Below, piece by piece: positions 27,151 to 34,718 of a stretch of DNA of 64,000 bases. Below the pieces are notes generated by a model. It was not told the origin of the DNA, ran no database searches, and was given only the letters and a program-made list of their open reading frames with translations. A program made the position numbers and the translations under genes. Source of the DNA: Acidimicrobiales bacterium (lineage in GTDB: Bacteria > Actinomycetota > Acidimicrobiia > Acidimicrobiales > JBBSGY01); contig JBGAQY010000002.1 of assembly GCA_044220495.1 (NCBI GenBank), positions 88,966-152,965 on the forward strand. The letters run 5' to 3'. Each line of letters begins with the position of its first letter. Within the stretch, counting starts at the first letter, position 1.

Positions 27151-27579
27151 ATGTGGAGCATGAACATGAAAGTCAAGACGAATCGCAAGACGCTGGGTAC
27201 AGCGGCGCTGCTTTTTGGCCTCGTGATTGGTGGGGCGGGCATCAGCGCGGCAGCAACAGGCAACCTGCCTTCAGGAAAGGAAAGTAACGATGGCCCAGAG
27301 CAGACCTACGTGTCGTCAGTAAAGGCCGACAAAGGATCCAGCCTTGACGGGCTTGCCAAGTTGTCAGCGGACCAAGCAGCAACGGCCGCTAGTTCTATCG
27401 GTGGCACAGCAGGAACTGCCGTACTGGAAAACGAAGACGGCAACGTTGTGTACGTAGTCGAAGTGACAAAGACATCAGGTGAGAAGGTCGATGTTGCGAT
27501 CGACGCCGGCAACGGCGCTGTGCTCGGACAAGAGGCAGGAGACAACGAGACCAACGACGGTCCCGATGGACAGAACTAA
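27151..27579 (+). CDS. Secreted PepSY-domain protein
   Basis: Signal or TM segment LGTAALLFGLVIGGAGISAAA. The PepSY-like core is GTAVLENEDGNVVYVVEVTKTSGEKVDVAIDAGNGAVL. Confidence 0.7.
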   Translation: MWSMNMKVKTNRKTLGTAALLFGLVIGGAGISAAATGNLPSGKESNDGPEQTYVSSVKADKGSSLDGLAKLSADQAATAASSIGGTAGTAVLENEDGNVVYVVEVTKTSGEKVDVAIDAGNGAVLGQEAGDNETNDGPDGQN

Positions 27580-27622
27580 GCCAGCAGAACCTCGGGCGTG
27601 ATCAACTACATATTCCAATCCA

Positions 27623-28717
27623 TCAACAAGGCAATCCGGCTTTCTCGCCTGGTTGCCTTGTTGTCTTTGACGGTTGCACAGTTTGAAAAAGTTCTCGCTC
27701 GACCGCTGGCGTGCTCGGCAGCAGATTGCACGCGAAGCCGAACAACAACGGAGCCCAGAAGTCGAACAGGCGAAAACTCATCGTGATGCTCATAGCTAGC
27801 TCGTGTTGAACCCCAAAGCCCACAAGAATTGCTGCAAGCGATGCTTCGGTGGCTCCGAGACCGCCCGGCAAGGGACCTATATGCGACGTCAAGATCGACA
27901 ACACATAGGCAACAAGCAACTGCGCGACAGACAGGTGAGCGCCGAAGCCGTAGACGACCACAGCAAGGGTCGTCAGCCCGAGTAGCTTCCCGCCGACTGA
28001 CGTAAGCAATAAGCGCAACGCTGCAACGGGCTCGTGCCTCATCCACGTGATTGCACGAGTGAGCTCGGCGGTGACGATCGCTCTATCGGCTCGCGCTATG
28101 CGCTTGAGTCGTCGACGGAACAAACGCTCGATTGATTCGATTGCGTTCACAACCCTCATGGTGCTTTGGTGGCGCCATACGGCCAAGCCCAACGCACCAA
28201 CCACCACCATGGCGTACACACTCGCCACTGACATCGCTAACAACATGCCCCCGGTCAACGTCTGTGTAGCCAAACCAATTAACAACGTCGCGAGGATGGC
28301 GACACAAAGAGAGATTGTTTCGTCAACACGCACCGACACGTACGCGGCGACGACCGCGATAGCTTCGTGCCCGCGGCTTTTCGCAAAACGTAAATGACGC
28401 ACTAGACCTGCTGCCCCTCCGCTCTTGATTGCCTTTGTCGCTGCGAAGGACGCCGACGTGACCGGTATGAGCGCCAAGACACTCGCTCGCACACCCACAG
28501 ACCGGTACGCGGCAACCGATTGAACCGAGCGCAAGACGATGCCCGCCGCAGCCAGAACGACACCACCCGCCAACACCGGTGGTTGAGCCCACGCCACGGC
28601 CCATGCGGCGAGGAACTGCTTGCGCTCGATCACTACGAATGTTGTTACCGCCAGAGCTACCGCAAGGTTGACATAGCTGGGCGCGCTTAGGCGCTTGCGT
28701 AAGTTGCTATTTCCCAT
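27623..28717 (-). CDS. Flippase-like membrane protein (lysylphosphatidylglycerol-synthase TM-region / UPF0104 family)
   Basis: 364 aa and polytopic. The characteristic C-terminal motif is HIGPLPGGLGATEASLAAILVGFGV. Confidence 0.65.
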   Translation of the reverse strand: MGNSNLRKRLSAPSYVNLAVALAVTTFVVIERKQFLAAWAVAWAQPPVLAGGVVLAAAGIVLRSVQSVAAYRSVGVRASVLALIPVTSASFAATKAIKSGGAAGLVRHLRFAKSRGHEAIAVVAAYVSVRVDETISLCVAILATLLIGLATQTLTGGMLLAMSVASVYAMVVVGALGLAVWRHQSTMRVVNAIESIERLFRRRLKRIARADRAIVTAELTRAITWMRHEPVAALRLLLTSVGGKLLGLTTLAVVVYGFGAHLSVAQLLVAYVLSILTSHIGPLPGGLGATEASLAAILVGFGVQHELAMSITMSFRLFDFWAPLLFGFACNLLPSTPAVERELFQTVQPSKTTRQPGEKAGLPC

Positions 28718-28825
28718 GACCCAAGAATTCGTCGTCGAACCTGACGACAGTCTGAAAGCCTCTGCCAGCGTTCAGCCGCCGTTCAGGATCTAAGTGGCAG
28801 ACTTCGAGCGAGCCATGGAGATGTC

Positions 28826-29506
28826 ATGCGAGTACTCCTTGTAGAGGATGAGCCCAAGATCGTTGCTGCGCTTCGACGCGGCCTTGAAACAGAAGGGTTC
28901 GTTGTCGACGTCTCAAATAACGGCGACGACGGCCTCGAAATGGCAACACACAACGACTACGACGTGATTGTGCTCGACATCATGCTGCCGGGCATGAACG
29001 GCTATCTGATCTGCCGGACTCTTCGCGACAATCAGATCTGGACCCCGATACTCATGCTTACCGCCAAGGACGGCGAGTACGACCAGGCGGAAGCACTTGA
29101 TACCGGAGCCGATGACTACCTCACAAAGCCGTTCTCGTTCGTGGTGCTTCTCGCTCGCATTCGAGCGCTCATAAGGCGAAGCGGTCAAGGCGAGCCGGTC
29201 AGTAAATACACCGCCGGCGACCTGTCGCTCGATCCGCTTTCACATCGGTGCGCTCGAGGAAGTGTGCCGATCGACCTGACCTCGCGCGAGTTTGCGGTTC
29301 TGGAGTTCATGATGAGACGCGTGGATACGGTCGTGACTAAAACCGAGATACTCGACAACGTGTGGGACTTCGCCTTTGACGGTGATGTCAATATCGTCGA
29401 GGTTTACATCCGACATCTGCGCAAGAAAATTGACGAGCCATTTGACAAGAAGGCGATCGAGACAGTCCGCGGCGTCGGCTATCGAATTGCTAGAACCGGC
29501 GGATGA
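28826..29506 (+). CDS. OmpR/PhoB-family response regulator
   Basis: Receiver domain MRVLLVEDEPKI...DVIVLDIMLPGMNG...LTAKD. The winged-helix output domain is LTSREFAVLEFMMRR...VEVYIRHLRKKID...IETVRGVGYR. Confidence 0.93.
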   Translation: MRVLLVEDEPKIVAALRRGLETEGFVVDVSNNGDDGLEMATHNDYDVIVLDIMLPGMNGYLICRTLRDNQIWTPILMLTAKDGEYDQAEALDTGADDYLTKPFSFVVLLARIRALIRRSGQGEPVSKYTAGDLSLDPLSHRCARGSVPIDLTSREFAVLEFMMRRVDTVVTKTEILDNVWDFAFDGDVNIVEVYIRHLRKKIDEPFDKKAIETVRGVGYRIARTGG

Positions 29507-30882
29507 AGAAGCGTCTCTTCAACTCGGTTCGCTTTCGAACGACATTGGCAGCGACGGTCGCTGTCGCTGTCGCCCTTACCGTGAGTGCCTTCGGCGTGGT
29601 GCTCATCCAGCGTCACACACTCACGAACGGCATTCAGACCACGGCGCGCGAACAAGCCGAAAGCATTGCGCTCAGCATCGGTCGCGGCGACGCCAACATC
29701 ACACTTCCTGTGCAATCCAACGAAGACAGCATCACTCAGGTTGTCGACGCATCGAGTGGGGCCGTCGTTGCCGGCTCTGTGGCAGCACCCGACGAACCGG
29801 TAAGCAAAATGCGCCCTGCCCCGGGGGTATTTGCACACCAATCCGTTGAGCACTTCGGAACAGAAGGTCAGTCAGATTTTTTGATCGTTGCGTATGGCGC
29901 CGCTGGCCCAAACGGCAACTACGTCATTTTGATTGGCGACAGTCTCGAATCAGTGACCAACGCAACGGTTGTGCTGATTGCGCTATTTGGCATAGCGGTT
30001 CCCGCTCTCATTGTCTTCGTGGGGATCGTAACCTGGACGGTGAGCGGCAAGGCGCTGCGGCCGGTGCAAGAAATCCGCACCCAAGTCGAGCGCATTGAGT
30101 CAACTGATCTGAGTCAGCGCGTGCCCGAGCCCGAAGCCCAAGACGAAATTGGTCAACTGGCGCGAACCATGAATCTCATGCTTGCGCGACTCGAAGCATC
30201 AACCGACAAGCAGAGGCGCTTTGTGGCTGACGCCAGCCATGAACTTCGCAGTCCCCTTGCGGGCATACAGGCTCGCCTCGAGGTTGATTTGGCCTATCCC
30301 GACGGCGCCGATTGGCGAACCACCGGAAAGGATGTGCTGGACGAGACGCACCGCCTTGCTCGCTTGGTTGAAGACTTGCTGACGCTGGCGCGCCTCGACG
30401 AGAACAGCCGCGCATTGCCGGCTTTCATCGCAGTAGACCTTGACGAAGTTGTTCTGGCCGAGACCGCGCAACTGAAAGCGTTGTCGATCAACACGGTCGA
30501 CACATCGCGCGTGTCAGGTGCACAAGTTCGCGGAAATCGGGACGCCCTTCGCCGAGTGGTCCGCAACCTCCTAGACAACGCAGATCGCCACGCCACAAGC
30601 ACCGTGTCGATTGCGCTTGAAGAAAACGACTCTGAGATAGTGCTTACGATTACTGACGACGGACCTGGAATCCCGCTTGACAAACAAGCAGCAATCTTCG
30701 AGCGATTCACGCGTCTCGACGAGGGCCGCACTCGCGATGCCGGTGGTACAGGCCTCGGCCTTGCCATCGTGCGGGAAATTGCTACTGCACACGGTGCAGT
30801 CGTTACCGTTGCCAACACGCCCGGGGCTGCGTTTACCATTACCTTCCCCGTGCCTACGGCACTCGCTCCAGCCGTCATCTAG
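29503..30882 (+). CDS. Sensor histidine kinase (2 TM, HAMP, HisKA, HATPase_c)
   Basis: ATGA overlap with the response regulator gene. The H-box is FVADASHELRSPLAGI, the N-box is LLDNADRHA, and the G-boxes are DDGPGIP and GGTGLGLAIV. Confidence 0.92.
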   Translation: MKKRLFNSVRFRTTLAATVAVAVALTVSAFGVVLIQRHTLTNGIQTTAREQAESIALSIGRGDANITLPVQSNEDSITQVVDASSGAVVAGSVAAPDEPVSKMRPAPGVFAHQSVEHFGTEGQSDFLIVAYGAAGPNGNYVILIGDSLESVTNATVVLIALFGIAVPALIVFVGIVTWTVSGKALRPVQEIRTQVERIESTDLSQRVPEPEAQDEIGQLARTMNLMLARLEASTDKQRRFVADASHELRSPLAGIQARLEVDLAYPDGADWRTTGKDVLDETHRLARLVEDLLTLARLDENSRALPAFIAVDLDEVVLAETAQLKALSINTVDTSRVSGAQVRGNRDALRRVVRNLLDNADRHATSTVSIALEENDSEIVLTITDDGPGIPLDKQAAIFERFTRLDEGRTRDAGGTGLGLAIVREIATAHGAVVTVANTPGAAFTITFPVPTALAPAVI

Positions 30883-31727
30883 TCGACAACGCTCAAGGCG
30901 ATCTGGTCTCGCTTCGACCGAGTGAGATACATCACAAGACCCAAGATCGTGATCAGGAACAGAGCGCTTGTGCCGGTCGTCGTCAGACCGAGGCCACCAT
31001 CGGCGGAAGGCTGCGACAGCAAGTCGCCAAGCGATGCGCCCAGGGGACGGGTGAGCACGTAGGCAACCCAGAACGTTGCGACCGCTCGTGTTGCTTTCTG
31101 GGCCGGGCGCCCAGGTTGCTTCTGCCAGACATAGTGAACGACAACCACAAGACCAATTAGCAGGGCATAGATGGCGGCAGACGGCCCGAAGCCGAGGGCC
31201 AGACCTTCGGCCGTCCAGTCTCCGGCTGCCGTCCCAAGAGCAAAGGTGAACAAGATCGCCAGCCAGTAATAAGCCTCTCGCTTTGTACTCCGGATGCTGT
31301 GAATGGAAAGTGTCTTCTCGCTCCGATACCAAGCCACGAATACGCCGACTAGCAACACGGCAAACACTCCCGTGCTGAGTGCCAATGGAACGCCAAATCG
31401 GTCTGTGAGGTTGTCTGTGATCAAGGTGCCAGCGACGCTTATCAGCGTGACGGCAAGCCAGTAGAGCCTGGGAACGTAGCGATCCGCCTTGAACTGAAAG
31501 AAGAGTGCAACAGCGAGTGCACCCACCATCACAATCGTTGTGAGAGTGAGGCCAAATCCGAGATCGACATTGAGGAAGTCAGCAAAGGTTTCCCCAACCG
31601 TGGTCGCGAGAATTTTGATGATCCAGAAATAGATCGTTACCTCAGGAACTTTGCTCAACATCTGTCGGGCGCCCGTGCGACTGTTGCCGTCTACTTCGCT
31701 TTGATCTGTCATGGGCACAACGTTCAC
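30879..31727 (-). CDS. Membrane protein with four DUF347-type repeats (COG4705-like)
   Basis: Four internal repeats are visible, each a TM pair with a conserved W and G..D: IYFWIIKILATTVGETFADFL, LYWLAVTLISVAGTLITDNL, AYYWLAILFTFALGTAAGDW, ATFWVAYVLTRPLGASLGDLL. Convergent with the HK gene, and the two stop codons share a CTAG. Confidence 0.6.
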   Translation of the reverse strand: MNVVPMTDQSEVDGNSRTGARQMLSKVPEVTIYFWIIKILATTVGETFADFLNVDLGFGLTLTTIVMVGALAVALFFQFKADRYVPRLYWLAVTLISVAGTLITDNLTDRFGVPLALSTGVFAVLLVGVFVAWYRSEKTLSIHSIRSTKREAYYWLAILFTFALGTAAGDWTAEGLALGFGPSAAIYALLIGLVVVVHYVWQKQPGRPAQKATRAVATFWVAYVLTRPLGASLGDLLSQPSADGGLGLTTTGTSALFLITILGLVMYLTRSKRDQIALSVVD

Positions 31728-31778
31728 AGATTGCGGCTGAACGCAGACTGAAAACGCGCCCTAAAGACTTGGGCCGAT

Positions 31779-32423
31779 CTACGGCTGCGGCAGATCGGCC
31801 ACGCGCCGAGCGCGAATGATCTCGACCACGGCTGGCATCAGAGACAGGGCAACAATTCCAAGAATCACAGGTGTAAGCACGTGTTCGAGACCAGGGAACC
31901 GCTTGCCGAGCACATATCCGAGCAACGAGATCACGACCGCCCACGCGCAGGCACCAACAAAGTTGTAGGTGACAAAAGTCCGATAACGCATACGCGACAC
32001 ACCGGCGACTACAGGCGTAAAAGTGCGCACGACCGGGACAAAACGCGCCAACACGATGGCTCGACCACCGTGGCGTTCGAAAAACAGCCGACTGCGCTCG
32101 AGGTACTCGCGGCGATACAGCCGACCGTCGGCGCGCTTGTAGAGCGTCGGGCCGACCCGATGTCCTATGCCATAACCAACTTGATCGCCAGCAAAAGCAG
32201 CAACAAACACGACAGCTGCGAGCACCATCGGGTGCGGCGAGCCGGCTAGCGCTGCCACTAGCCCGGCACTAAACAACAGTGAGTCACCAGGGAGAAAGAA
32301 ACCGAAAAGCAAACCGGATTCGGCAAAAATCATCCCACCTATCACCAGCAAGAATATGACTTGCCCATGGCCGAGCAGCGGCGCCAGGTCTGGGTGAAGT
32401 AACCACTGCAATGCTGATCTCAC
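31779..32423 (-). CDS. DedA family membrane protein (second copy)
   Basis: Contains FGFFLPGDSLLFSAGLVAA and ARFVPVVRTFTPVVAGVSRM. Confidence 0.85.
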   Translation of the reverse strand: MRSALQWLLHPDLAPLLGHGQVIFLLVIGGMIFAESGLLFGFFLPGDSLLFSAGLVAALAGSPHPMVLAAVVFVAAFAGDQVGYGIGHRVGPTLYKRADGRLYRREYLERSRLFFERHGGRAIVLARFVPVVRTFTPVVAGVSRMRYRTFVTYNFVGACAWAVVISLLGYVLGKRFPGLEHVLTPVILGIVALSLMPAVVEIIRARRVADLPQP

Positions 32424-32637
32424 TAACTACTCCGATACCTTGCGCGCGCATCTGCGCCCGAACCACTGCAACGTAGAAGGTCGTGCCTGAACGCCGCCTG
32501 AAGGCCAAGGCACCGCTGTCGAAGTTCAAGCACCTCACTCCGCGGTGCCCGTCGCGATCAGTATGTCCAACCGTTTCACGTCGCTTACACGAGTCCGGGT
32601 GTCAAGTCTTTGCAATGTGAGCGGGCAGTATTAGGGC

Positions 32638-33153
32638 ATGGCGATCACGGTTCACTCCCCCAGCCCCGCCGACGCTGCCGAGTTCGTTGAAGCAGTCCGT
32701 CGCAGCCGCGATCTGCATCGACCGTGGGTGCGTCCCGCTAGCACCGTTGAGCTTTTCGACGCCTATCTCGAACGAGCGGCTCGCGATGATCAGCGCTCCT
32801 TTTTGATTCGCGATGCGTCGTCGGGACAATTGGCGGGTTTCATCAATGCCAACAACATCGTGTTCGGTGCGCTGCAGTCTGCGTATCTTGGCTACGCCGC
32901 CTTCGAGGGCACGCAGCGCAAGGGCCTAATGACGGCGGGGCTTCGGGCGGCCATCACCAGTCTTTTCGTTGACGATCGCTTGCATCGCGTCGAGGCGAAC
33001 ATCCAGCCGGGCAACGTAGCGTCGCTCGCGTTGGTACGGCGACTGGGCTTTAGCAAAGAAGGCTTCTCGCCTAAGTACCTATTCATCGAAGGCGAGTGGA
33101 GAGACCACGAGCGTTGGGCTCTGACAGCCGAAAGCTGGCACCCGACCAACTAA
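32638..33153 (+). CDS. GNAT N-acetyltransferase (RimJ/RimL-like)
   Basis: 171 aa. Contains GYAAFEGTQRKGLMTAGLRAAITSLF...LHRVEANIQPGNVASLALVRRLGFSKEG. Confidence 0.8.
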   Translation: MAITVHSPSPADAAEFVEAVRRSRDLHRPWVRPASTVELFDAYLERAARDDQRSFLIRDASSGQLAGFINANNIVFGALQSAYLGYAAFEGTQRKGLMTAGLRAAITSLFVDDRLHRVEANIQPGNVASLALVRRLGFSKEGFSPKYLFIEGEWRDHERWALTAESWHPTN

Positions 33154-33269
33154 TTGGGATAGCTCGCCCGTCTTCTACCCGCCATTACTCGCAGCGAACG
33201 ACTCACGCCCAGCCTGTTTTGACACTTTCAGCCGTTGTGAACGCCGACAGTGCCACTGATAATTGAAAT

Positions 33270-34418
33270 GTGGACAAATCTCCCGCCCAGGCGTATGAGC
33301 TGACGAACAGGCTGCACCCCGCAGTTACGCAGACACTTCTGACCTACCTGCCGTTTACCGAGAATGAAGCTCTCGCAACCTCCGTTTACAAGTTCACTCC
33401 CTCTGCACTACGAAGCCAGGCGGCAGAACATCGGAACCGAGCCCGAGAGTATTGGGCTACCAATCCCACCAACTACGGCCAGCAGTCACTTGAGGCCGAT
33501 GGACACGCCCGTCGCTTCAGTGCCGAGGCGGAGAGCTTGACGCATGCGACGACCTTTTTGAAAGAGAAGGTCCGTCCACTGCTCGAGGATCGACCACGCT
33601 TTGCATCTCCAAACGGAGAAGCCCTACGCGATCGCGTCATCACGATCATCGACAATGAGATCAATCGACTCGTGCCACCAAACCCGTTTGGCGAACAACG
33701 CGATTCCGTTGGTATTCGTGTTCTGCGCGATACCCGCCAAGCACTTGTCGACGCCACTCACAATCGACAACCCAAGCTCAAGGCTCAGCCGCCACCAGTC
33801 ACTCGGCCGACACAAATCGCCAACAACTATCCCCTGTCGTTCTACACACCGCATGAATATGTCCGCCCCGGCGGCGCGCCACAGATGAGTCAACCCGGCA
33901 GCGACGACTGGTCAACGCCTCCGCAAAACACAACTCCACTGTGGGTGCAGGAACTGCAAGCACAGCAACTAGCAAAACGCGAAGCAGCAATGCGTGGTGG
34001 ACTCGAGAACCCAGACGTCATCAGTGATGTCACGCCACGATCAGCGCGTCGCTACGGAAACCAGATCGCTTTGCCAATCGTCGATCGAGCAATTTTCGAC
34101 GCCGAACAACTGTTTACGCACTTTGACCTCGGCGCAAGAAATCAAGCCCAGGCAGCACAAGACATGAGCCGAAACACCGCCGTGTTTCAAATGGCCACCG
34201 AACAAGGTCAGATGGCTTACGCAAAAGAGCAAGCGGCCGACGACATCGCCAACGCTTGGGAAACGGGCTTTCGAAACAACGGCGAGCTTGCCTTCTACGA
34301 GCAAGTAACCCCAGAGCAGCTCGACGCGATGATCCAAGAGACCATCGAATCCGCCACGCAAACCCGGGCCTACCAACAACTGATCGCCAACAAATCTCGA
34401 ACCGTCGGCGACGGCTAA
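33270..34418 (+). CDS. Hypothetical protein, 382 aa, no family recognised
   Basis: Long ORF with a GTG start and no competing long ORF on either strand. It looks helical and Q/A/E-rich, with no TM or signal peptide and no obvious SD. The coding call rests on length only. Confidence 0.5.
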   Translation: MDKSPAQAYELTNRLHPAVTQTLLTYLPFTENEALATSVYKFTPSALRSQAAEHRNRAREYWATNPTNYGQQSLEADGHARRFSAEAESLTHATTFLKEKVRPLLEDRPRFASPNGEALRDRVITIIDNEINRLVPPNPFGEQRDSVGIRVLRDTRQALVDATHNRQPKLKAQPPPVTRPTQIANNYPLSFYTPHEYVRPGGAPQMSQPGSDDWSTPPQNTTPLWVQELQAQQLAKREAAMRGGLENPDVISDVTPRSARRYGNQIALPIVDRAIFDAEQLFTHFDLGARNQAQAAQDMSRNTAVFQMATEQGQMAYAKEQAADDIANAWETGFRNNGELAFYEQVTPEQLDAMIQETIESATQTRAYQQLIANKSRTVGDG

Positions 34419-34431
34419 TTGCAGGTGACGC

Positions 34432-34710
34432 GTGGAGCGTCTAGATCAGGTTGTCTGCGGCAAGGACGCTGGCAAAGGACTCCGACCCGGTGGCGGCCGT
34501 GATCTCGGCCACCACCTACGCGAAAAGCCCAAAAGCAGCCCGAATTTCGCCAGAATGTGGGCGTTTCGCGCAGGTGAAAGCGATGTGGCGGGACCGCAGG
34601 CGAGAACGCCGCCCTTCGCGAGTGGAGCGTCTAGATCAGGTTGTCTGTGGCAAGGCCGCAGGTGAGGACGCTGGCAAAGGCCAGCGACGAGCCGAGAACG
34701 CCGCCACAGG
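34432..34710. repeat. Imperfect tandem duplication (period about 190 bp), second unit shortened
   Basis: gtggagcgtctagatcaggttgtctg[c/t]ggcaagg occurs at 34432-34466 and 34622-34656. gacgctggcaaagg occurs at 34465-34478 and 34667-34680. g[c/g]cgagaacgccgcc occurs at about 34599 and 34691. Unit 2 lacks the roughly 120-bp segment that carries the hairpin element. Confidence 0.85.
34513..34576. repeat. Dispersed palindromic element, copy A (19-bp arms, 26-nt spacer)
   Basis: Left arm cacctacgcgaaaagccca (34513-34531) and right arm tgggcgtttcgcgcaggtg (34558-34576), with 2 mismatches. Same family as 50769-50832. Confidence 0.85.
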
Positions 34711-34718
34711 CAAGCTGA

